NCBI GenBank assembly: GCA_964016885.1
Contig: OZ024742.1
Location: 163,990,001-164,054,000 of the forward strand
Length of the DNA: 64,000 bases
Direction: 5' to 3'
DNA from: Eledone cirrhosa
Lineage: Eukaryota
A program made the translations under genes and the position numbers. Positions 39,101-52,800 of this stretch are shown here, in pieces (positions within the stretch are counted from its first letter, which is position 1; every line of letters starts with the position of its first letter). The notes beneath the pieces were generated by a model. The model was not told where the DNA came from and did not search any database. It saw only the letters and a program-made list of their open reading frames with translations.

Positions 39101-42100
39101 TGGATATTATCTACCCTTGGACGGCTGGAAATTATCTCCCCTTGGACGGCTGGAAATTATCTCCCCTTGGACGGCTAGATATTACCTCCCCTTGGACGGC
39201 TGGAAATTATCTCCCCTTGATTTTGTTTACAAATTATCTCCCCCTGATTTTTTTTTACAAATTATCTCCCCCTGATTTTTTTTTACAAATTATCTACCCC
39301 TGATTTTTTTTTACAAATTATCTCCCCCTGATTTTTTTTACAAATTATCTCTCCCTGATTTTTTTTTACAAATTATCTCCCCCTGATTTTTTTTTACAAA
39401 TTATCTACCCCTGATTTTTTTTTACAAATTATCTCCCCCTGATTTTTTTACAAATTATCTCCCCTTGGCTGGCTGGAAATTATCTCCCCTTGGAGGCTGG
39501 AATTTATCTCCCCTTGGACGGCTAGAAATTACCTCTCCTTGGACGGCTGGAAAATATGTCTCCTTGGACGGCTGGATATTATCTACCCTTGGACGGCTGG
39601 AAATTATCTCCCCTTGGACGGCTGGAAATTATCTCCCCTTGAACGGCTGGAAATTATCTCCCCTTGGACGGCTGGAAATTATCTCCCCTTGGACGGCTAG
39701 AAATTACCTCTCCTTGGACGGCTGAAAATTATCTCCCCTTGGACGGCTGCAAATTATCTCCCCTTGATTTTTTTAACAAATTATCTCCCCCTGATTTTTT
39801 TTTACAAATTATCTCCCCCTGATTTTTTTTTACAAATTATCTACGCCTAATTTTTTTTACAAATTATCTCCCCCTGATTTTTTTTACAAATTATCTCCCC
39901 TTGGCTGGCTGGAAATTATCTCCCCTTGGAGGCTGGAATTTATCTCCACTTGGACGGTTAGAAATTACCTCTCCTTGGACTGCTGGAAAATATGTCTCCT
40001 TGGACGGCTGGAAATTATCTCCCCTTGGACGGCTGGAAATTATCTCCCCTTGGACGGCTGGAAATTATCTCTCCTCGGACGACTAGAAATTACCTCTCCT
40101 TGGACAGCTGAAAATTATCTCCCCTTGGACGGCTGGAAATTATCTCCCCTTGATTTTTTTTACAAATTATCTCCCCCCGATTTTTTTTTACAAATTATCT
40201 CCCCCTGATTTTTTTTTACAAATTATCTCCCCCTGATTTTTTTTACAAATTATCTCCCCCTGATATTTTTTACAAATTATCTCCCCCTGATTTTTTTACA
40301 AATTATCTCCCCTTGGCTGGCTGGAAATTATCTCCCCTTGGAGGCTGGAATTTATCTCCCCTTGGACGGCTAGAAATTACCTCGCCTTGGACGGCTGGAA
40401 AATATGTCTCCTTGGACGGCTGGAAATTATCTCCCCTTGGACGGCTGGAAATTATCTCCCCTTGGACGGCTGGAAATTATCTCCCTTTGGACGGCTAGAT
40501 ATTACCTCCCCTTGGACGGCTGGAAATTATCTCCCCTTGATTTTTTTTACAAATTATCTCCCCCTGATTTTTTTTTACAAATTATCTCCCTCTGATTTTT
40601 TTTTACAAATTATCTCCGCCTGATTTTTTTAAAAAAATTATCTCCCCTTGGACGGCTGGAAATTATCTCCCCTTGGACGGCTAGAAATTACCTCTCCTTG
40701 GACGGCTGAAAATTATCTCCCCTTGGACGGCTGCAAATTATCTCCCCTTGATTTTTTAACAAATTATCTCCCCCTGATTTTTTTTTACAAATTATCTCCC
40801 CCTGATTTTTTTTTACAAATTATCTACGCCTAATTTTTTTTACAAATTATCTCGCCCTGATTTTTTTTTACAAATTATCTCCCCCTGATTTTTTTTACAA
40901 ATTATCTCCCCCTGATTTTTTTTGTACAAATTATTTCCCCCTGATTTTTTTACAAATTATCTCCCCCCTGATTTTTTTTACAATCTCCGCCTGATTTTTT
41001 TAAAAATTATCTTGCCTTGGCTGGCGGGAAATTATCTCCCCTTGGACGGCTGGAAATTATATCCCCTTGGACGGCTGGAAATTACCTCCCCTTGGACAGC
41101 TGGAAATTATCTGCCCTTGATTTTGTTTTTACAAATTATCTCCCCCTGATTTTTTTTACAAATTATCTCCACCTGATTTTTTAAAAAATTATCTCCCCTT
41201 GGACGGCTGGAAATTATCTCCCCTTGATTTTTTTTACAAATTATCTCCCCCTGATTTTTTTTTACAAATTATCTCCCCCTGATTTTTTTTTACAAATTAT
41301 CTCCCCCTGATTTTTTTTTACAAATTATCTGCCCCTGATTTTTTTTACAAATTATCTCCCCCTGATTTTTTTACAAATTATCTCCCCTTGGCTGGCTGGA
41401 AATTATCTCCCCTTGGAGGCTGGAATTTATCTCCCCTTGGACGGCTAGAAATTACCTCTCCTTGGACGGCTGGAAAATATTTCTCCTTGGACGGCTGGAT
41501 ATTATCTACCCTTGGACGGGTGGAAATTATCTCCCCTTGGACGGCTGGAAATTATCTCCCCTTGGACGGCTAGATATTACCTCCCCTTGGACGACTGGAA
41601 ATTATCTCCCCTTGATTTTTTTTACAAATTATCTCCCCCTGAATTTTTTTTTACAAATTATCTCCCCCTGATTTTTTTTACAAATTATCTCCGCCTGATT
41701 TTTTTAAATATTATCTTCTCTTGGCTGGCGGGAAATTATCTCCCCTTGGACGGCTGAAAATTATCTCCCCTTGGACGGCTGGAAATTATCTCCCCTTGAT
41801 TTTTTTTACAAATTATCTCCCCCTGATTTTTTTTTACAAATTATCTCCCCCTGATTTTTTTTTACAAATTATCTCCCCCTGATTTTTTTTTTACAAATTA
41901 TCTCCCCCTGATTTATTTACAAATTATCTCCCCCTGATTTTTTTTACAAATTATCTCCGCCTGATTTTTTTAAATATTATCTTCTCTTGGCTGGCGGGAA
42001 ATTATCTCCCCTTGGACGGCTGAAAATTATCTCCCCTTGGACGGCTGGAAATTATCTCCCCTTGATTTTTTTTACAAATTATCTCCCCCTGATTTTTTTT

Positions 42101-43400
42101 TACAAATTATCTCCCCCTGATTTTTTTTTACAAATTATCTCCCCCTGATTTTTTTTTACAAATTATCTCCCCCTGATTTTTTTTACAAATTATCTCCCCC
42201 TGATTTTTTTACAAATTATCTCCCCTTGGCTGGCTGGAAATTATCTCCCCTTGGAGGCTGGAATTTATCTCCCCTTGGACGGCTAGAAATTACCTCTCCT
42301 TGGACGGCTGGAAAATATGTCCTTGGACGGCTGGATATTATCTACCCTTGGACGGCTGGAAATTATCTCCCCTTGGACGGCTGGAAATTATCTCCCCTTG
42401 GACGGCTAGATATTACCTCCCCTTGGACGGCTGGAAATTATCTCCCCTTGATTTTGTTTACAAATTATCTCCCCCTGATTTTTTTTTACAAATTATCTCC
42501 CCCTGATTTTTTTTTACAAATTATCTACCCCTGATTTTTTTTTACAAATTATCTCCCCCTGATTTTTTTTACAAATTATCTCTCCCTGATTTTTTTTTAC
42601 AAATTATCTCCCCCTGATTTTTTTTTACAAATTATCTACCCCTGATTTTTTTTTACAAATTATCTCCCCCTGATTTTTTTTACAAATTATCTCCCCCTGA
42701 TTTTTTTTACAAATTATCTCCCCCTGATTTTTTTACAAATTATCTCCCCCCGATTTTTTTTACAAATTATCTCCGCCTAATTTTTTTAAATATTATCTTC
42801 CCTTGGCTGGCGGGAAATTATCTCCCCTTGGACGGCTGAAAATTATCTCCCCTTGGACGGCTGGAAATTATCTCCCATTGATTTTTTTACAAATTATCTC
42901 CCCCTGATTTTTTTTTACAAATTATCTACCCCTGATTTTTTTTTACAAATTATCTCCCCCTGATTTTTTTACAAATTATCTCCCCTTGGCTGGCTGGAAA
43001 TTATCTCCCCTTGGAGGCTGGAATTTATCTCCCCTTGGACGGCTAGAAATTACCTCTCCTTGGACGGCTGGAAAATATGTCTCCTTGGACGGCTGGATAT
43101 TATCTACCCTTGGACGGCTGGAAATTATCTCCCCTTGGACGGCTGGAAATTATCTCCCCTTGAACGGCTGGAAATTATCTCCCCTTGGACGGCTGGAAAT
43201 TATCTCCCCTTGGACGGCTAGAAATTACCTCTCCTTGGACGGCTGAAAATTATCTCCCCTTGGACGGCTGCAAATTATCTCCCCTTGATTTTTTTAACAA
43301 ATTATCTCCCCCTGATTTTTTTTTACAAATTATCTCCCCCTGATTTTTTTTTACAAATTATCTACGCCTAATTTTTTTTACAAATTATCTCCCCCTGATT
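33158..43400. repeat. Three tandem copies of a ~3.2-3.6 kb higher-order unit
   Basis: The marker block with CTCCACTTGGACGGTTAG...GACTGCTGG...CTCGGACGACTAG starts at 33158, 36730 and 39901. Other markers recur at 34697/38214/41388 and 36295/39465/42986. Confidence 0.88.
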
Positions 43401-43860
43401 TTTTTTACAAATTATCTCCCCCTGATTTTTTTTACAAATTATCTCCCCCTGATTTTTTTTTACAAATTATCTCCCCCTGATTTTTTTACAAATTATCTCC
43501 CCCCTGATTTTTTTTACAATCTCCGCCTGATTTTTTAAAAAATTATCTTCCCTTGGCTGGCAGGAAATTATCTCCCCTTGGACGGCTGGAAATTATATCC
43601 CCTTGGAAGGATGGAAATTATCTCCCCTTGGACGGCTGGAAATTATCTCCCCTTGGACGGCTGGAAATTACCTCCCCTTGGACAGCTGGAAATTATCTGC
43701 CCTTGATTTTGTTTTTACAAATTATCTCCCCCTGATTTTTTTTACAAATTATCTCCACCTGATTTTTTAAAAAATTATCTCCCCTTGATTTTTTTACAAA
43801 TTATCTACCCCTAATTTTTTTTTACAAATTATCTCCCCCTGATTTTTTTTTACAAATTAT

Positions 43861-46800
43861 CTACCCCTAATTTTTTTTTACAAATTATCTCCCCCTGATT
43901 TTTTTTACAAATTATCTCCCCCTGATTTTTTTTTTACAAATTATCTCCCCCTGATTTTTTTACAAATTATCTCCCCCTGATTTTTTTTACAAATTATCTC
44001 CGCCTGATTTTTTTAAATATTATCTTCTCTTGGCTGGCGGGAAATTATCTCCCCTTGGACGGCTGAAAATTATCTCCCCTTGGACGGCTGGAAATTATCT
44101 CCCCTTGATTTTTTTTACAAATTATCTCCCCTTGATTTTTTTTTACAAATTATCTCCCCCTGATTTTTTTTTACAAATTATCTACCCCTGATTTTTTTTT
44201 ACAAATTATCTCCCCCTGATTTTTTTTACAAATTATCTCTCCCTGATTTTTTTTTACAAATTATCTCCCCCTGATTTTTTTTTACAAATTATCTACCCCT
44301 GATTTTTTTTTACAAATTATCTCCCCCTGATTTTTTTTACAAATTATCTCCCCCTGATTTTTTTTACAAATTATCTCCCCCTGATTTTTTTACAAATTAT
44401 CTCCCCCCGATTTTTTTTACAAATTATCTCCGCCTAATTTTTTTAAATATTATCTTCCCTTGGCTGGCGGGAAATTATCTCCCCTTGGACGGCTGAAAAT
44501 TATCTCCCCTTGGACGGCTGGAAATTATCTCCCCTTGATTTTTTTACAAATTATCTCCCCCTGATTATTTTTTACAAATTATCTCCCCCTGATTTTTTTT
44601 TACAAATTATCTCCCTCTGATTTTTTTTACAAATTATCTCCCCTTGGCTGGCTGGAAATTATCTCCCCTTGGAGGCTGGAATTTATCTCCACTTGGACGG
44701 TTAGAAATTACCTCTCCTTGGACTGCTGGAAAATATGTCTCCTTGGACGGCTGGAAATTATCTCCCCTTGGACGGCTGGAAATTATCTCCCCTTGGAGGG
44801 CTGGAAATTATCTCTCCTCGGACGACTAGAAATTACCTCTCCTTGGACAGCTGAAAATTATCTCCCCTTGGACGGCTGGAAATTATCTCCCCTTGATTTT
44901 TTTTACAAATTATCTCCCCGATTTTTTTTTACAAATTATCTCCCCCTGATTTTTTTTTACAAATTATCTCCCCCTGATTTTTTTTACAAATTATCTCCCC
45001 CTGATATTTTTTACAAATTATCTCCCCCTGATTTTTTAACAAATTATCTCCCCTTGGCTGGCTGGAAATTATCTCCCCTTGGAGGCTGGAATTTATCTCC
45101 CCTTGGACGGCTAGAAATTACCTCGCCTTGGACGGCTGGAAAATATGTCTCCTTGGACGGCTGGAAATTATCTCCCCTTGGACGGCTGGAAATTATCTCC
45201 CCTTGGACGGCTGGAAATTATCTCCCTTTGGACGGCTAGATATTACCTCCCCTTGGACGGCTGGAAATTATCTCCCCTTGATTTTTTTTACAAATTATCT
45301 CCCCCTGATTTTTTTTTACAAATTATCTCCCCCTGATTTTTTTTTACGAATTATCTCCCCCTGATTTTTTTTTACAAATTATCTCCGCCTGGTTTTTTTT
45401 TTAAAATTATCTCCCCTTGAACGGCTGGAAATTATCTCCCCTTGGACGGCTGGAAATTATCTCCCCTTGGACGGCTAGAAATTACCTCTCCTTGGACGGC
45501 TGAAAATTATCTCCCCTTGGACGGCTGCAAATTATCTCCCCTTGATTTTTTAACAAATTATCTCCCCCTGATTTTTTTTTACAAATTATCTCCCCCTGAT
45601 TTTTTTTTACAAATTATCTACGCCTAATTTTTTTTACAAATTATCTCCCCCTGATTTTTTTTTACAAATTATCTCCCCCTGATTTTTTTTACAAATTATC
45701 TCCCCCTGATTTTTTTTTACAAATTATTTCCCCCTGATTTTTTTACAAATTATCTCCCCCCTGATTTTTTTTACAATCTCCGCCTGATTTTTTTAAAAAT
45801 TATCTTGCCTTGGCTGGCGGGAAATTATCTCCCCTTGGACGGCTGGAAATTATATCCCCTTGGACGGCTGGAAATTACCTCCCCTTGGACAGCTGGAAAT
45901 TATCTGCCCTTGATTTTGTTTTTACAAATTATCTCCCCCTGATTTTTTTTACAAATTATCTCCACCTGATTTTTTAAAAAATTATCTCCCCTTGGACGGC
46001 TGGAAATTACCTCTCCTTGGACGGCTGGAAAATATTTCTCCTTGGACGGCTGGATATTATCTACCCTTGGACGGGTGGAAATTATCTCCCCTTGGACGGC
46101 TGGAAATTATCTCCCCTTGGACGGCTAGATATTACCTCCCCTTGGACGACTGGAAATTATCTCCCCTTGATTTTTTTTACAAATTATCTCCCCCTGATTT
46201 TTTTTTTACAAATTATCTCCCCCTGATTTTTTTTACAAATTATCTCCGCCTGATTTTTTTAAATATTATCTTCTCTTGGCTGGCGGGAAATTATCTCCCC
46301 TTGGACGGCTGAAAATTATCTCCCCTTGGACGGCTGGAAATTATCTCCCCTTGATTTTTTTTACAAATTATCTCCCCCTGATTTTTTTTTACAAATTATC
46401 TCCCCCTGATTTTTTTTTACAAATTATCTCCCCCTGATTTTTTTTTTACAAATTATCTCCCCCTGATTTATTTACAAATTATCTCCCCCTGATTTTTTTA
46501 AATATTATCTTCTCTTGGCTGGCGGGAAATTATCTCCCCTTGGACGGCTGAAAATTATCTCCCCTTGGACGGCTGGAAATTATCTCCCCTTGATTTTTTT
46601 TACAAATTATCTCCCCCTGATTTTTTTTTACAAATTATCTCCCCCTGATTTTTTTTTACAAATTATCTCCCCCTGATTTTTTTTTACAAATTATCTCCCC
46701 CTGATTTTTTTTACAAATTATCTCCCCCTGATTTTTTTACAAATTATCTCCCCTTGGCTGGCTGGAAATTATCTCCCCTTGGAGGCTGGAATTTATCTCC

Positions 46801-49800
46801 CCTTGGACGGCTAGAAATTACCTCTCCTTGGACGGCTGGAAAATATGTCCTTGGACGGCTGGATATTATCTACCCTTGGACGGCTGGAAATTATCTCCCC
46901 TTGGACGGCTGGAAATTATCTCCCCTTGGACGGCTAGATATTACCTCCCCTTGGACGGCTGGAAATTATCTCCCCTTGATTTTGTTTACAAATTATCTCC
47001 CCCTGATTTTTTTTTACAAATTATCTCCCCCTGATTTTTTTTTACAAATTATCTACCCCTGATTTTTTTTTACAAATTATCTCCCCCTGATTTTTTTTAC
47101 AAATTATCTCTCCCTGATTTTTTTTTACAAATTATCTCCCCCTGATTTTTTTTTACAAATTATCTACCCCTGATTTTTTTTTACAAATTATCTCCCCCTG
47201 ATTTTTTTTACAAATTATCTCCCCCTGATTTTTTTTACAAATTATCTCCCCCTGATTTTTTTACAAATTATCTCCCCCCGATTTTTTTTACAAATTATCT
47301 CCGCCTAATTTTTTTAAATATTATCTTCCCTTGGCTGGCGGGAAATTATCTCCCCTTGGACGGCTGAAAATTATCTCCCCTTGGACGGCTGGAAATTATC
47401 TCCCATTGATTTTTTTACAAATTATCTCCCCCTGATTTTTTTTTACAAATTATCTACCCCTGATTTTTTTTTACAAATTATCTACCCCTGATTTTTTTAC
47501 AAATTATCTCCCCTTGGCTGGCTGGAAATTATCTCCCCTTGGAGGCTGGAATTTATCTCCCCTTGGACGGCTAGAAATTACCTCTCCTTGGACGGCTGGA
47601 AAATATGTCTCCTTGGACGGCTGGATATTATCTACCCTTGGACGGCTGGAAATTATCTCCCCTTGGACGGCTGGAAATTATCTCCCCTTGGACGGCTAGA
47701 TATTACCTCCCCTTGGACGGCTGGAAATTATCTCCCCTTGATTTTTTTTACAAATTATCTCCCCCTGATTTTTTTTTACGAATTATCTCCCCCTGATTTT
47801 TTTTTACAAATTATCTCCGCCTGATTTTTTTTTTAAATTATCTCCCCTTGAACGGCTGGAAATTATCTCCCCTTGGACGGCTGGAAATTATCTCTCCTTG
47901 GACGGCTAGAAATTACCTCTCCTTGGACGGCTGAAAATTATCTCCCCTTGGACGGCTGCAAATTATCTCCCCTTGATTTTTTTAACAAATTATCTCCCCC
48001 TGATTTTTTTTTACAAATTATCTCCCCCTGATTTTTTTTTACAAATTATCTACGCCTAATTTTTTTTACAAATTATCTCCCCCTGATTTTTTTTACAAAT
48101 TATCTCCCCCTGATTTTTTTACAAATTATCTCCCCCTGATTTTTTTTTACAAATTATCTCCCCCTGATTTTTTTACAAATTATCTCCCCCCTGATTTTTT
48201 TTACAATCTCCGCCTGATTTTTTAAAAAATTATCTTCCCTTGGCTGGCAGGAAATTATCTCCCCTTGGACGGCTGGAAATTATATCCCCTTGGAAGGATG
48301 GAAATTATCTCCCCTTGGACGGCTGGAAATTATCTCCCCTTGGACGGCTGGAAATTACCTCCCCTTGGACAGCTGGAAATTATCTGCCCTTGATTTTGTT
48401 TTTACAAATTATCTCCCCCTGATTTTTTTTACAAATTATCTCCACCTGATTTTTTAAAAAATTATCTCCCCTTGATTTTTTTACAAATTATCTCCCCCTG
48501 ATTTTTTTTACAAATTATCTCCCCCTGATTTTTTTTTTACAAATTATCTCCCCCTGATTTTTTTACAAATTATCTCCACCTGATTTTTTTTACAAATTAT
48601 CTCCGCCTGATTTTTTTAAATATTATCTTCCCTTGGCTGGCGGGAAATTATCTCCCCTTGGACGGCTGAAAATTATCTCCCCTTGGACGGCTGGAAATTA
48701 TCTCCCCTTGATTTTTTTTACAAATTATCTCCCCCTGATTTTTTTTTACAAATTATCTCCCCCTGATTTTTTTTACAAATTATCTGCCCCTGATTTTTTT
48801 TTACAAATTATCTGCCCCTGATTTTTTTTACAAATTATCTCCCCCTGATTTTTTTACAAATTATCTCCCCTTGGCTGGCTGGAAATTATCTCCCCTTGGA
48901 GGCTGGAATTTATCTCCCCTTGGACGGCTAGAAATTACCTCTCCTTGGACGGCTGGAAAATATTTCTCCTTGGACGGCTGGATATTATCTACCCTTGGAC
49001 GGGTGAAAATTATCTCCCCTTGGACGGCTGGAAATTATCTCCCCTTGGACGGCTGGAAATTATCTCCCCTTGATTTTTTTTACAAATTATCTCCCCCTGA
49101 TTTTTTTTACAAATTATCTCCACCTGATTTTTTTACAAATTATCTCCCCCTGATTTTTTTTACAAATTATCTCCCCCTGATTTTTTTTTTACAAATTATC
49201 TCCCCCTGATTTTTTTACAAATTATCTCCCCCTGATTTTTTTTACAAATTATCTCCGCCTGATTTTTTTAAATATTATCTTCCCTTGGCTGGCGGGAAAT
49301 TATCTCCTCTTGGACGGCTGAAAATTATCTCCCCTTGGACGGCTGGAAATTATCTCCCCTTGATTTTTTTTACAAATTATCTCCCCCTGATTATTTTTTA
49401 CAAATTATCTTTCCCTGATTTTTTTTTACAAATTATCTCCCCCTGATTTTTTATACAAATTATCTCCCCCTGATTTTTTTACAAATTATCTCCCCTTGGC
49501 TGGCTGGAAATTATCTCCCCTTGGAGGCTGGAATTTATCTCCCCTTGGACGGCTGGAAATTATCTCTCCTTGGACGGCTAGTAATTACCTCTCCTTGGAC
49601 GGCTGGAAAATATGTCTCGTTGGAGGGCTGGAAATTATCTCCCCTTGGACGGCTGGAAATTATCTCCCCTTGGACGGCTGGAAATTATCTCTCCTTGGAC
49701 GGCTAGAAATTACCTCTCCTTGGACGGCTGAAAATTATCTCTCCTTGGACGGCTGGAAATTATCTCCCCTTGGACGGCTAGATATTACCTCCCCTTGGAC

Positions 49801-52800
49801 GGCTGGAAATTATCTCCCCTTGATTTTTTTTACAAATTATCTCCGCCTGATTTTTTTTACAAATTATCTCCACCTGATTTTTTTACAAATTATCTCCCCC
49901 TGATTTTTTTTACAAATTATCTCCGCCTAATTTTTTTAAATATTATCTTCCCTTGGCTGGCGGGAAATTATCTCCCCTTGGACGGCTGAAAATTATCTCC
50001 CCTTGGACGGCTGGAAATTATCTCCCCTTGATTTTTTTTACAAATTATCTCCCCCTGATTTTTTTTTACAAATTATCTCCCCCTGATTTTTTTTTACAAA
50101 TTATCTCCCCCTGATTTTTTTTTACAAATTATCTCCCCCTGATTTTTTTTACAAATTATCTCCCCTTGGCAGGCTGGAAATTATCTCCCCTTGGAGGCTG
50201 GAATTTATCTCCCCTTGGACGGCTAGAAATTACCTCTCCTTGGACGGCTGGAAAATATGTCCTTGGACGGCTGGATATTATCTACCCTTGGACGGCTGGA
50301 AATTATCTCCCCTTGGACGGCTGGAAATTATCTCCCCTTGGAGGCTGGAATTTATCTCCCCTTGGACGGCTAGAAATTACCTCTCCTTGGACGGCTGGAA
50401 AATATGTCCTTGGACGGCTAGATATTACCTCCCCTTGGACGGCTGGAAATTATCTCCCCTTGATTTTTTTTACAAATTATCTCCCCCTGATTTTTTTTAC
50501 AAATCTAATGATTTTAAAAAAAAAATTATCTCCCCTTCGCTGGCTGGAAATTATCTCCCCTTCGCTGGCTGGAAATTATCTCCCCTTGGACGCTGGAAAT
50601 TATAGCCCCTTGGAGGGCTGGAAATTATCTTCCCTTGGACGGCTGGAAATTATCTCCCCTTGGCTCGAAATTATCTCCCCTTGGACGGCTAGAAATTATC
50701 TCTCTTTGGACGGCTGGAAATTATCTCCCTTTGATTTTTTTTACAAATTATCTCCCCCTGATTTTTTTTACAAATCTCCCCCTGATTTTTTAAAAAAAAT
50801 TATCTCCCCTTCGCTGGCTGGAAATTATCTCCCCTTGGACACTGGAAATTATAGCCCCTTGGAGGGCTGGAAATTATCTTCCCTTGGACGGCTGGAAATT
50901 ATCTCTGCTTGATTTTTTTTACAAATTATCTCCCCTTGATTTTTTTTTACAAATTATCCCCCCCGATTTTTTTTACAAATTATCTCCCCCTGATTTTTTT
51001 TACAAATTATCTCCCCTTGGACGGCTGGAAATTATCTCCCCTTGGACGGCTGGAAATTATCTCCCCTTGGACGGCTAGAAATTACCTCTCCTTGGACGAC
51101 TGAAAATTATCTCCCCTTGGACGGCTGCAAATTATCTCCCCTTGATTTTTTTTACAAATTATCTCCGCCTGATTTTTTTTTTAAAATTATCTCCCCTTGG
51201 ACGGCTGGAAATTACCTCCCCTTGGACGGCTGGAAATTATCTCCCCTTGGACGGCTAGAAATTACCTCTCATTGGACGGCTGAAAATTATCTCCCCTTGG
51301 ACGGCTGGAAATTATCTCCCCTTGATTTTTTTTACAAATTATCTCCCCCTGATTTTTTTTTACAAATTATCTCCCCCTGATTTTTTTTTTACAAATTATC
51401 TCCGCCTGATTTTTTTTTAAAATTATCTCTCCTTGGACGGCTGGATATTATCTCCCCTTTCATTTTTTTTACAAATTATCTCCCCCTGATTTTTTTTTAC
51501 AAATTATCTCCCCCTGATTTTTTTTTACAAATTATCTACCCCTAATTTTTTTTTACAAATTATCTCCCCCTGATTTTTTTTACAAATTATCTCCCCCTGA
51601 TTTTTTTTTTACAAATTATCTCCCCCTGATTTTTTTACAAATTATCTCCCCCTGATTTTTTTTACAAATTATCTCCGCCTGATTTTTTTAAATATTATCT
51701 TCTCTTGGCTGGCGGGAAATTATCTCCCCTTGGACGGCTGAAAATTATCTCCCCTTGGACGGCTGGAAATTATCTCCCCTTGATTTTTTTTACAAATTAT
51801 CTCCCCCTGATTTTTTTTTACAAATTATCTCCCCCTGATTTTTTTTACAAATTATCTCCCCCTGATTTTTTTTTACAAATTATCTCCCCCTGATTTTTTT
51901 TACAAATTATCTCCCCCTGATTTTTTTACAAATTATCTCCCCTTGGCTGGCTGGAAATTATCTCCCCTTGGAGGCTGGAATTTATCTCCCCTTGGACGGC
52001 TACAAATTACCTCTCCTTGGACGGCTGGAAAATATGTCCTTGGACGGCTGGATATTATCTACCCTTGGACGGCTGGAAATTATCTCCCCTTGGACGGCTG
52101 GAAATTATCTCCCCTTGGACGGCTAGATATTACCTCCCCTTGGACGGCTGGAAATTATCTCCCCTTGATTTTTTTTACAAATTATCCCCCCCTGATTTTT
52201 TTTTACAAATTATCTCCCCCTGATTTTTTTTTACAAATTATCTACCCCTGATTTTTTTTTACAAATTATCTCCCCCTGATTTTTTTTACAAATTATCTCT
52301 CCCTGATTTTTTTTTACAAATTATCTCCACCTGATTTTTTGTTACAAATTATCTACCCCTGATTTTTTTTTACAAATTATCTCCCCCTGATTTTTTTTAC
52401 AAATTATCTCCCCCTGATTTTTTTTACAAATTATCTCCCCCTGATTTTTTTACAAATTATCTCCCCCCGATTTTTTTTACAAATTATCTCCGCCTAATTT
52501 TTTTAAATATTATCTTCCCTTGGCTGGCGGGAAATTATCTCCCCTTGGACGGCTGAAAATTATCTCCCCTTGGACGGCTGGAAATTATCTCCCCTTGATT
52601 TTTTTACAAATTATCTCCCCCTGATTATTTTTTACAAATTATCTCCCCCTAATTTTTTTTTACAAATTATCTCCCTCTGATTTTTTTTACAAATTATCTC
52701 CCCTTGGCTGGCTGGAAATTATCTCCCCTTGGAGGCTGGAATTTATCTCCACTTGGACGGTTAGAAATTACCTCTCCTTGGACTGCTGGAAAATATGTCT

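Larger units (their letters stand above)
24049..43860. repeat. ~19.8-kb super-repeat, unit 1
   Basis: Collinear with 43861 onward: ORF starts 24832/44644 (19812), 27207/46754 (19547), 29950/49496 and 33158/52704 (19546), 36295/55785 (19490), 38214/57678 (19464). Confidence 0.85.
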
